A stretch of DNA of 64,000 nucleotides from the sequence record PP942979.1. The stretch is one strand, 5' to 3'. This document shows positions 46,857 through 55,447 of this stretch, piece by piece (positions within the stretch are counted from its first letter, which is position 1; each line of letters starts with the position of its first letter). The position numbers were made by a program, and so were the translations under genes. The notes beneath the pieces are model-generated. The model was given only the letters and a program-made list of their open reading frames with translations. It searched no databases and had not been told where the DNA came from.

Positions 46857-48126
46857 TCACGTATTCAACCACGACGAAAAGCAATTGCTTCTGTCGGTGG
46901 CTGAGTCTAAGTATCTGGTGCGGCTAGACTGCCCAGATTATTTGAAGAAGTCGAAACACGCAATTGAAGTTCGTCATACCGTAACCAACCGCGGCGAGCA
47001 ACGCCGTAGCGGAACAATAACAACTGCGTTTGTGCCTCGTATTCATTCAGCAACCGTACAGCGTTTGGTGCGTGAAGTGCGTGACACTCAAAGCAAAAGC
47101 GCGTCGTCCAGTCTCGCTGCACTATTCGAGCTTGGACTTGGTGTACCGAAGCAGCACGATATTGCGGTATACCTGAAAGACTACTGCCAGGAAAATGATA
47201 AGAAGGGTGTGGGTATCAAGTATATCCGCAAACTGATTAACGAGTACCATCGCAAGCACCGCCATAGTTTTGCAGGTAGTCGCTGGCTGATGCCTGCTGC
47301 GTATACAGCGAACATGCTGAACATGCAGTCCTTCATTCATCTGAAAGAAGGTGGTTACTCGAAGAAAGTGAAGGTACCTGACGGCATTCCCGTTGTGTTC
47401 ATCTATCAGAACACGAACCACGAGAAAGCAACCTTTACTTTGTGTGACGCATTCACGATAAGCCCGCTCGGCTATCCGATGCCGTTCGCGCAAATAGCTT
47501 TACGACCTGAGTTCAAAGCTGCACCGAAAGAGTTCAAGTCGAAAGCACTTCGTGGCAGAAGCATGTACGCGATGGTTATGGGCGTTGTCTACTGGGGAGA
47601 AGGTGATGCGCTTGATAACTTCCGCGAGCTACAGGAAATTGACGATGACCCGTATCTGACGTTGCTGACTAACGACAAGTACGCTGATCGCCGTAGCCCT
47701 GAGTATCAGGAGCTGCTGGACCAGCGCATTGCGTTAAACGAACAGGCGCCAAAGTGGAACGAGATTATTGCGAAGTATGGCAATACAACTCGCGTACTCA
47801 AGCCTGAGCAGGCAGAAAAGCTGGAGCAAGCAAACGAGTTCTTCCAGCAGCGTAAAGAGTTCATGGACGCTTTCGACAAGTTCGAAAAGAAAGAGAACCA
47901 TCACGCTGCGAAGCAATTTGCTGCGGCCAAAGCGCTGTTTGCTGCCGTTGATTGTGGCACTATCATGGACCGCACAACGTACATGTCAGTGTCGTCCGGT
48001 CTTGACGATGTGAACAACATTCTCACCAAGTGGGGATTCACTACAGTCAACACTGTTAATAGTAGTTTGAAGAAGTCTATCCTTACTTACGACCGTAAAG
48101 GCGCAAGTCGCGTCTGGTCCCTGTAG
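46846..48126 (+). CDS. Hypothetical protein (426 aa)
   Basis: GAGGG RBS; long ORF. Confidence 0.75.
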   Translation: MFYDHVFNHDEKQLLLSVAESKYLVRLDCPDYLKKSKHAIEVRHTVTNRGEQRRSGTITTAFVPRIHSATVQRLVREVRDTQSKSASSSLAALFELGLGVPKQHDIAVYLKDYCQENDKKGVGIKYIRKLINEYHRKHRHSFAGSRWLMPAAYTANMLNMQSFIHLKEGGYSKKVKVPDGIPVVFIYQNTNHEKATFTLCDAFTISPLGYPMPFAQIALRPEFKAAPKEFKSKALRGRSMYAMVMGVVYWGEGDALDNFRELQEIDDDPYLTLLTNDKYADRRSPEYQELLDQRIALNEQAPKWNEIIAKYGNTTRVLKPEQAEKLEQANEFFQQRKEFMDAFDKFEKKENHHAAKQFAAAKALFAAVDCGTIMDRTTYMSVSSGLDDVNNILTKWGFTTVNTVNSSLKKSILTYDRKGASRVWSL

Positions 48127-48153
48127 ACAACATATCTGAGGAGATAGTACAAC

Positions 48154-51100
48154 ATGTCTAATAATAACCTGGGCGCTGCTGCATCATTTGGTACCGAGAC
48201 GCAAAAGCAAATCGCTAACGAACAGCGCCGCGCTAATTCGTCTGAGAGCGGTCATGTGAACAAATGCACCATCGTTGTTCTGACTGCGTTGAACGCGCAT
48301 AACCGTTTCTCGTATCTGAGCGCGGACGAACAACTCTGTGAAAAGCCGATTGAAGGCAAAGTAATGGATCGTCTGCCCAACCTGATCGAACGCGCATCTG
48401 GCGCGTCGACCGACCAGAACAGCGCGTACTACATTCTGCATCCGAACAACGGCGTACCGACTCGCATCGACGAGCGTATCAAAGTGGGTGAAGGTGACGC
48501 GGTCATTATTTCGTATACTGTAAATAAAGCAGTGTCAGAGATGCACGGCAGTTTGTCTCTCGCATTGTTCAGTGCGGGCGAAAGCGACCTTGCAGACCTG
48601 GCCGCCGAGTTTGGTATTCACGCCATCTCGATTGTTGAAGAAAGCAAAGCTGGTGGTTATATTCAAGCGCTCGCCGCACAGGTAGAAGCTCTGAATATTG
48701 TAAATATCACAAGCATTGATGAAACTGACGGCGCTCTCGATAAAGCAGTAATCGACTACAGCGCGTTGCCGGCCAATCCTGTTACTGTGCTGTCCGGCGC
48801 TGTGCGTACTTTCATCATGCAAACTATTAGCAGCGAAATCGTTGCTGCAATTCCAAATAACGGAGAACTGAACGTGAAACAACCTACCAACTCAACGCCT
48901 GTCGATCTGAACGAAGACTTCGACGCAGAAGACGAAGTTGTTGATCAGCAGGACGGCGGTGAAGACGAAGCTGCGGTCGGCACGGACCTGTTTGGCTACA
49001 AGGCTGAAACGCTGAGTGTCGAGCAAATGTCCGAAGCGCTCGAAGCTATCGACTACGATCTGTCTGCTATGGATGAAGACGGCATCCGCGAATCGTTCGA
49101 AACTGAGCAGGCCATCTGGCTGGCAAAATCTGATGACGCCGCTGCCGACGACGCGGACGACGCCGAAGATGAAGAAGAGGAAGAAGAGGACGACGAAGAC
49201 GAAGAAGGCTTCGACGCTGTTCAGTTCCTCGCTTCTCTGCTGATGGCCGAAGACTTCGACCGCGATGCGCTGAAAGTTCTGGTCCGTACTCAAGACCTGA
49301 AAGTAATGAAGTCGGACACTGTTGAAACTCTGTCTGCTAAACTGCTGGAGCTGGTCGAAGGCGCAACCGAAGAAGAGATGTTTGAACTGATCAACACCTT
49401 CGTCGGCGCGCTGCAAGAGCGTGAAATCGAATGCCCGAACATGCTGGCAACTATCGCTGAGGAAGAAGACAGCGAAGAAGAAGATGCCGATGAAGAAGAC
49501 GGCGAAGACGAAGAGGAAGATTCTGAGGAGGAGGAAGATGAAGACTCCGAAGAAGAAACCGAAGAAGAAGACGGTGACGAACTGCAAGACCAGATCGAAG
49601 CTGTTACCGACCCGCTCGACTACTTCCAGTTCCCGGGCGGCGCTCTGTCTGCTGAACAACGCATGGCTGCTGTTGAAGCTATGGGCGAAAACGTTGAAGG
49701 TCTGACTATCGTGCAGGTAATGAAAGCGTTCACTCGCATTCAGGGCCAGACCAACGAAATCGCGGTAGAAGAAGACGCCGAGCTGTCTAACGTTGAACAA
49801 CTGACTGCGCTGCTGGGCCAGTACGACGAAGCGACCGTGCAGCACGTTGCTGAAAGCCTGGGCATCCTCGTTGACGAATGCGAAACCGTTGACGAAATGA
49901 TCGAAGCGATTGCAAACGGCGGTAACGAAGATGACTTCGCTGCTGTTGAAGAAATCGCAACCAACTACGGTGTTGACCTGTCCGAAGTTGCTGACGGCGA
50001 GGAGCTGGACTTTGTTGACGCTCTGCTGGCAGTGCTGCCGTCGTTCCTGAACGATGATGAAGTTGGCGAGCAGGACGAAGAAGAAGACAGCGAAGATGAA
50101 GAAGACGCTGACGACGAAGATGAAGATGAAGTCGAAGCTGCTGGTGATGCCACTGCTGAGAACGATCATCTGAAATTCGTTAAGTCCGTTGATACCTCCA
50201 ATCGCGTCGGCCCGATGCTGACTGTCGATATGGACCAAACGCTGATCATCAACTTCACTCTGACCGACGGTGATACTTACGCACCGATTGAAAGCGAACT
50301 GTCTGACATTAACGGCTTCAACTACCGCTACCCGTTCAACCTGGGCAAAGCTGGTAAAGCACCGGGCGCGATGCACCTGCCGGCGCAGTCTCTGCTGGAT
50401 ATCATTGAGCGCACCAGCACCACGCGCTTCATGGCTAACCCGGCAACGTTCGATGTTGCAGCCTGGGCGGAAAGCCTTGAAGCAACTCTGGAAGATGAAA
50501 TCGCATCCTCTCTGTATGCCGGTCGCATCGAAGAAGGTCTGGACCCTACCGAAGCCGGTCTGATTGTCGGTGACTTCATCGACGACGAAGAAATGCAGCA
50601 GGCAAGCGAACTCGGTTACATCGACGCTGACCAGTTCGACGAGCTGCAAGGTGATCATCTGCCGATTGCTGGTCTGTACAGTGCTAAGTCTCGCGTTCGT
50701 CCGGTGCAGGTTGATACTGCTCACGTCGCGCTGCACACCACTGTGATGAACGTCGCTGTTCCTGGCTTCTGGGGCGACTCTGATGTTTCTCTGCTGGTGC
50801 AGGCTGCTGTTAACCGCGTTATCGCTCTGGCCGGTACTGTTGAAAACATCCGTGTGTACGCTGGCTTCACGTTCGAATCTGCCGCACTGCTGAACAACGA
50901 CCGCCTGTTTGCTGCGCTGACCGCTCTGCGCACCATGGAAGGCGTACAGTCTTACTCTGCTGCTGACGCTGCAAACTTCGACGACGCCGAAGACGTAATC
51001 GAAGTAGCAAGTGCGCTGGACACCCGCGACCTGCCGCTGTCTATTCTGTCTGGTGGTCTGGCTGCTGCAACGTTCGATAACGGCGGTGACCTGACTGTGC

Positions 51101-51162
51101 TGGTACAGTGTTCTCCGGAAGACGAAGAGTCCGAAGAAGAAGACGAAGGCGACGACGAGTAA
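48154..51162 (+). CDS. Very large, extremely acidic protein (1002 aa)
   Basis: GAGGAG RBS; multiple D/E tracts alternating with short helical modules; folded N- and C-terminal regions. Confidence 0.85.
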   Translation: MSNNNLGAAASFGTETQKQIANEQRRANSSESGHVNKCTIVVLTALNAHNRFSYLSADEQLCEKPIEGKVMDRLPNLIERASGASTDQNSAYYILHPNNGVPTRIDERIKVGEGDAVIISYTVNKAVSEMHGSLSLALFSAGESDLADLAAEFGIHAISIVEESKAGGYIQALAAQVEALNIVNITSIDETDGALDKAVIDYSALPANPVTVLSGAVRTFIMQTISSEIVAAIPNNGELNVKQPTNSTPVDLNEDFDAEDEVVDQQDGGEDEAAVGTDLFGYKAETLSVEQMSEALEAIDYDLSAMDEDGIRESFETEQAIWLAKSDDAAADDADDAEDEEEEEEDDEDEEGFDAVQFLASLLMAEDFDRDALKVLVRTQDLKVMKSDTVETLSAKLLELVEGATEEEMFELINTFVGALQEREIECPNMLATIAEEEDSEEEDADEEDGEDEEEDSEEEEDEDSEEETEEEDGDELQDQIEAVTDPLDYFQFPGGALSAEQRMAAVEAMGENVEGLTIVQVMKAFTRIQGQTNEIAVEEDAELSNVEQLTALLGQYDEATVQHVAESLGILVDECETVDEMIEAIANGGNEDDFAAVEEIATNYGVDLSEVADGEELDFVDALLAVLPSFLNDDEVGEQDEEEDSEDEEDADDEDEDEVEAAGDATAENDHLKFVKSVDTSNRVGPMLTVDMDQTLIINFTLTDGDTYAPIESELSDINGFNYRYPFNLGKAGKAPGAMHLPAQSLLDIIERTSTTRFMANPATFDVAAWAESLEATLEDEIASSLYAGRIEEGLDPTEAGLIVGDFIDDEEMQQASELGYIDADQFDELQGDHLPIAGLYSAKSRVRPVQVDTAHVALHTTVMNVAVPGFWGDSDVSLLVQAAVNRVIALAGTVENIRVYAGFTFESAALLNNDRLFAALTALRTMEGVQSYSAADAANFDDAEDVIEVASALDTRDLPLSILSGGLAAATFDNGGDLTVLVQCSPEDEESEEEDEGDDE

Positions 51163-51174
51163 TATCGTCTGATT

Positions 51175-51203
51175 GAGTGGCTCGAAAGGGCCACTCGCTT
51201 TTC
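51175..51203 (+). terminator. Intrinsic terminator
   Basis: GAGTGGCT-CGAAAG-GGCCACTC followed by GCTTTTC. Confidence 0.7.
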
Positions 51204-51219
51204 TTGGGGATCTGTAAAC

Positions 51220-52047
51220 ATGACACAAGAAGTAGACCACGGAGCTAACATCGTCCGGATGATTGGTGAGCGTGACGAAAAAATCCATACGCTTACTAGC
51301 GAGCTTGCAGAAGCCGTAGGTGATAAGAAAGACGTGGAACACGTTTTAGAGGATGAGGTTCACAGCAACACAGTGTTGCGTGTCGCCCTTCAACGTAAGG
51401 TTCGCCAACACGCCACTGAAATCGCTCTGCGTGATGAACGCATTCGTGAAGTTACTGGATTCTGCAACGAGCAGACCGAAGAAGTTCGCGCTCTGAAAGC
51501 TGAACTCGAATCTGTAAAGAGTAAGCAAGAAGCGGCAAACCCGCTGCCTTTTGCTCTGCATATGATAATGTGTGCTGGCATCAACCACTACTACACAATC
51601 GTTATGCAACTCGCACACGGTACTGTAAATCGTGAAACGAATCGGGTAGCGCGAGACCTTGCCGAGCAGAACAAGTTGGACACGGTAGGTAAACAGCCTT
51701 CGCTGTACCGCTCTGTTGCAATGTATTGCTCTGCTGCTGGCACTGACGTACCAACGGGTGCAACGTTGCGTGAATCGCTTAAAGCTCACATCGAAGCAAA
51801 TATTGACCTGTTCTTGAAAGACCCGCAATTCGAAATCTCTCGCTCAATGTTACGCCTTGTGTGGGAAGCGAATAAGAAAGCGGCTCATATGGGTTTCGGT
51901 GCGAATAACATCTGCCGCTCATTCAACTGGATGCCTGCCGCAGAAGTTGGCAGTCTTGAAACGCTGGATGATGAAGACGACTACGAAGAATTGTTCTGCG
52001 AGTCGCTTCAAACAATTTGTTTCGATTTGATTAATCATAGCTTTTAA
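51220..52047 (+). CDS. Hypothetical protein with an N-terminal coiled coil
   Basis: Heptad-rich N-terminal half. Confidence 0.7.
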   Translation: MTQEVDHGANIVRMIGERDEKIHTLTSELAEAVGDKKDVEHVLEDEVHSNTVLRVALQRKVRQHATEIALRDERIREVTGFCNEQTEEVRALKAELESVKSKQEAANPLPFALHMIMCAGINHYYTIVMQLAHGTVNRETNRVARDLAEQNKLDTVGKQPSLYRSVAMYCSAAGTDVPTGATLRESLKAHIEANIDLFLKDPQFEISRSMLRLVWEANKKAAHMGFGANNICRSFNWMPAAEVGSLETLDDEDDYEELFCESLQTICFDLINHSF

Positions 52048-52142
52048 TAATCTGTAAAAGTTACCTGTAATCGAAACTGTAAACACTAATTGAAGTTCGA
52101 ACCGAGCGACAAGCTCACATTTATAAATACCGGAGCATTACA

Positions 52143-52688
52143 ATGGCTAAAGCATCAAAGACCACCTCACTGGCACCTACCCTGGCTTCTCGCATCGCTA
52201 AAAAATCTGGTTCTATCAGCACTTCTAAAGTTAAGCCAACTGACCTGCCGCATGACATTCTGATCGAAGCTGTTCAGGCTGTTGAGCTGATTGGCTTTAT
52301 CACCGACCGCACCGATAACAGCGTAACCATTCGTCACAAACGTGGTCACGGTTCTTCTGCTCAGATCGTTTCTACCTTCGGCCCGAACCAGTTGCTGTCT
52401 GTGCTGGGCGAAGCTGGTTCTCACGGTAGCGTAGTTGCTCAAATCAACGCGCCGGTTCGTGAGTACAAAGGCTTCAACGTTAAATATGTCGGCCCGATGA
52501 TTCACGCGACCTCTGTTGAAACAGGCGAAGTGGTTCACATCAACACCGCACTGCCGGGCTTCACCGTTCGTGCAACTGTAAACGAAAACGCGGCCGCTAA
52601 AAAGTACGGCATCGCTGCTCCGGCCAAAGCCAAGAAAGCGGACAAAGGTGACAAGTCTGCGAAAGTGGCTAAGAAAGTAAAAAAGTAA
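52143..52688 (+). CDS. Basic protein with Lys/Ala tails and a beta-rich core
   Basis: GGAG RBS; C-terminal APAKAKKADKGDKSAKVAKKVKK. Confidence 0.8.
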   Translation: MAKASKTTSLAPTLASRIAKKSGSISTSKVKPTDLPHDILIEAVQAVELIGFITDRTDNSVTIRHKRGHGSSAQIVSTFGPNQLLSVLGEAGSHGSVVAQINAPVREYKGFNVKYVGPMIHATSVETGEVVHINTALPGFTVRATVNENAAAKKYGIAAPAKAKKADKGDKSAKVAKKVKK

Positions 52689-52836
52689 TAAAGTCTGACG
52701 AAGACTTTTAACTGACTTTCTGAAATCTGTAAACATTAAGTATGCAGCGAGATAAAATGTTCTCGCTGCCTGTATCTCGAATCTGTAAATCTTAATTGAA
52801 GCAACATCGCTTCTACTCAAACAGGAAAAACAAATC

Positions 52837-53634
52837 ATGGCTAAAGCTGCTAAAGCAACCGTAAACACCGCATCTCTGGTTCTGGCTAAAATGCTGGGTG
52901 TTGTAGTGGAAAACGCGACTGATAAAGAAATCGCTGCGCTGCTCGCATCTGCCGGTCTGACCGTGTCTGGTGGCAAAGTTGTTAAAGCTGACAAGGGCGG
53001 TAAAGCTGCTAAAGGCAAAAAGGCCAAAGCACCTACCGTCGCTGAAATCGTCGCTGCTGTGAAGGACGAAGAAGAACTGGACATCTCCGGCGTCGATGAA
53101 GACACTCTGCGCGAAGCAGTTGTCAAAGCCAAGCTGTCTACCGCTAAGAAAGCTAAAGCGCTGGACGAAGACGACCTGCGCGATCTGCTGAACGAAAAGC
53201 TGGGCGGCGAGTCCGATGAGGACGAAGACGAAGAAGAAGAGGACGACGAAGACGAGGACGAAGAGTCCGACGACGAAGATGAAGACGGCGACGACGAAGA
53301 CGACGAAGACGAGGACTCTGATGATGAAGAAGAGGACGAAGACGACGAAGACGAAGACGGCGACGATGAAGACGAAGAGGACGACGAAGACGAGGAAGAT
53401 GAAGACGAAGACGAGGATGAAGACCTCGACCTCGACTCCCTCGACGAAGACGAACTCCGCGCGCTGGTAATCGAGCACAAGCTGGCGACTGCCAAGAAAG
53501 CGAAAAAGATGGACGAAGATGAACTGCGCGAACTCTGCGAAGAACACTTCGGCGGTGAAGACGACGAAGACGAAGAAGAAGACGAAGACGACGAAGACTT
53601 CGACGATGAAGACGAAGACGAAGACGACGAGTAA
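52837..53634 (+). CDS. Bipolar protein: basic N-terminus, two copies of the shared two-helix module, long D/E tracts
   Basis: AGGA RBS; modules at 53092-53202 and 53440-53550 separated by a tract of more than 70 almost pure Asp/Glu residues. Confidence 0.85.
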   Translation: MAKAAKATVNTASLVLAKMLGVVVENATDKEIAALLASAGLTVSGGKVVKADKGGKAAKGKKAKAPTVAEIVAAVKDEEELDISGVDEDTLREAVVKAKLSTAKKAKALDEDDLRDLLNEKLGGESDEDEDEEEEDDEDEDEESDDEDEDGDDEDDEDEDSDDEEEDEDDEDEDGDDEDEEDDEDEEDEDEDEDEDLDLDSLDEDELRALVIEHKLATAKKAKKMDEDELRELCEEHFGGEDDEDEEEDEDDEDFDDEDEDEDDE

Positions 53635-53684
53635 TAACTTCTGATCCGGCGCGCCCCTCTAGTTCTGCTGAATGAGCGAGGGGC

Positions 53685-53773
53685 AAATATTCGATAAAAC
53701 TTTTCGAATATTTTTGTAAAAAGTTTCAAAAATCCTTGTAGACCTATGTTGAATATAATAATGTACGTCTACA
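53685..53773 (+). promoter_or_regulatory. AT-rich promoter region with two inverted repeats upstream of the H1-like gene
   Basis: AAATATTCGA/TCGAATATTT (53685-53713) and TGTAGAC/GTCTACA (53737-53773) around TATAATAATGT. Confidence 0.5.
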
Positions 53774-53850
53774 GGGAAACAAACCTGAACAAATTTATCT
53801 TTCATCCAGCGGTGAAAAACGCCGCATCAAATATAAAGTAAGGATATCGT

Positions 53851-54399
53851 ATGTCTAAGAAAATCATCAGCGGCCTGAACAAAGAAATCAAAGCCCTGGA
53901 CAAATCTGAAAAAGCTCTGGTTAAAACTGCTGCCGGTCTGAACAAAGAAGCCGAAGCGATTGCTGCACGTCGCGAAGGCCTGGCTGCTCAGGTTGAAGCA
54001 CTGGCGAGCGGCGGTGACGCTAAGCCGGCGAAAGCTGCTAAAGCGACCAAAGCTGAAAAAGCTGCTAAGCCTGCTAAAGCAGAAAAAGCTGGTAAGAAAG
54101 CGAAAGCTGAAAAGCCAGCCAAAGCTGAAAAAGCTGGTAAGAAAGCCAAAGCAGAAAAACCTGCTAAAGCTGAGAAAGCCGCGAAAGCTGAAAAGCCTGC
54201 TAAGGCAGACAAAAAAGCTAAAGCTGAAAAGCCGGCCAAAGCCGACAAGAAAGCTAAAGCTGAAAAAGCTGCTAAGCCTGCCAAAGCTGAAAAAGCTGGC
54301 AAAAAAGTAAAAGCTGAAAAGCCGGCCAAAGCTGATAAAAAAGCTAAAGGCGCGAAAGCGAAGAAGCAGGAAGAAGACTTCGACTTCGAAATGGAATAA
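53851..54399 (+). CDS. Histone H1-like (AlgP/Hc-type) Lys/Ala/Pro repeat protein
   Basis: AAGGA RBS; N-terminal coiled coil, 8 KPAKA(E/D)K repeats and an acidic-aromatic tip EEDFDFEME. Confidence 0.8.
   Translation: MSKKIISGLNKEIKALDKSEKALVKTAAGLNKEAEAIAARREGLAAQVEALASGGDAKPAKAAKATKAEKAAKPAKAEKAGKKAKAEKPAKAEKAGKKAKAEKPAKAEKAAKAEKPAKADKKAKAEKPAKADKKAKAEKAAKPAKAEKAGKKVKAEKPAKADKKAKGAKAKKQEEDFDFEME
54022..54360 (+). repeat. Coding tandem repeats (KPAKAEKAGKKAKAE-type units)
   Basis: Eight KPAKA units with synonymous variation. Confidence 0.9.
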
Positions 54400-54432
54400 G
54401 CAAGTAATCGCGCACTAGCGGTCACTTGATTG

Positions 54433-54464
54433 AAAGGGCAGCGCTGACGAGCGTTTGCCCTTTT
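54433..54464 (+). terminator. Intrinsic terminator
   Basis: AAAGGGCA...TTGCCCTTTT. Confidence 0.75.
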
Positions 54465-54497
54465 GTTGTATCTGTATCAATTTTTGAGGTATTTGCC

Positions 54498-54992
54498 ATG
54501 TCTGCTGAACATCTGCTTAACGACGACCTACCTGACGATACTCGCCCACTGAAACCCACTCCTGATTCTGCCAAGCCTTCTTACTTTGACCTCGTGTCTC
54601 TACGCTTAGAGGCTGCTGGTCGTCTCGCACGTTCTCTCAAAACTCTCAAAGACGCTAACGTATTCGGTGATGACAATACCATCGCCAAAGATCTCATGTT
54701 GAAAAAGGCTCTGGAGATCGCAGAGAACTACTGGGCAGAGATCTGCATGGGTCTAGTCCCTGTTAAAGACTCTAGTGGAATAGAATCACTGCGCGACAAT
54801 CTGCCTGCGTGTGTCGAAGCCTTCCGCATCGTAGTCATGGAACATGCTCAACGTGAAGCATTGGAGCGTGAGTGTCGTAACAAGATTGACCACACAGGTG
54901 GCTTCAAGCTCCTCACTCAGCCTCAAGTGCTGCACCTCGAAAACAAACACGTCTGCAATGGAGATTGCGATCATGGCCCAGAAGCTGTCTGA
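54498..54992 (+). CDS. Hypothetical protein
   Basis: GAGGT RBS before ATG 54498. Confidence 0.7.
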   Translation: MSAEHLLNDDLPDDTRPLKPTPDSAKPSYFDLVSLRLEAAGRLARSLKTLKDANVFGDDNTIAKDLMLKKALEIAENYWAEICMGLVPVKDSSGIESLRDNLPACVEAFRIVVMEHAQREALERECRNKIDHTGGFKLLTQPQVLHLENKHVCNGDCDHGPEAV

Positions 54993-55317
54993 GCAAATCA
55001 ACCGCTATTTCAATCTCATGGAGAAAATCCGTGAGCAACTGTTTCGCGTTATGCCTGTATCTGACCGCTATTTGTGTATTGTCAGTTTCAGCACGAACCA
55101 TCAGGCGATGATGTGTGATCTCGTTAGCAAAGAAAGCCTCATGCCCGCAAAGCTGCTTGATGGTCTTACCGGACAAGAGCTGGTGACGTATGGCAGTATT
55201 AAGCGAGCTGTCGAAGACTGGGTAGCTGATGGTATGCAAGCTGACTTCCCTCTCAGTCAGAGCGATGACGTATACGCTGAATACAAGAGCTTAACACGCG
55301 AACCTGACATAAACTAA
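54973..55317 (+). CDS. Hypothetical protein
   Basis: GGAG RBS before ATG 54973. Confidence 0.65.
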   Translation: MAQKLSEQINRYFNLMEKIREQLFRVMPVSDRYLCIVSFSTNHQAMMCDLVSKESLMPAKLLDGLTGQELVTYGSIKRAVEDWVADGMQADFPLSQSDDVYAEYKSLTREPDIN

Positions 55318-55330
55318 ACTCTGCAAATAG

Positions 55331-55375
55331 CTGGACGAAATGCGGGTATATAAGAATAATCTTATGTGATATAAT
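55331..55375 (+). promoter_or_regulatory. Conserved phage promoter P11
   Basis: GCAAATAG-CTGGACGAAAT box 39 bp before TG-A-TATAAT; drives the topoisomerase genes. Confidence 0.8.
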
Positions 55376-55447
55376 AGCGTCAGACAAGTAGTGTCTGAAC
55401 TTGCTAATATCGAGTAGTCTACGCTACTCACTCAGGAGAATACCAAA

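Noticed and set aside
48892-51342. 816-aa minus-strand ORF
   Set aside because: Antisense shadow of the acidic 48154 gene. GAA/GAC codons read as Phe/Val on the reverse strand and few reverse stops arise. It has no RBS and no domain motif.
52167-53729. 520-aa poly-Ser minus-strand ORF (also 52813-53547 and 53153-53686)
   Set aside because: Reverse reading of Asp/Glu codon tracts; a low-complexity artefact.
53960-54310. Alternative-frame Lys/Leu-rich + strand ORF in the H1-like gene
   Set aside because: A by-product of the tandem repeats; no RBS and no frameshift signal recognised.
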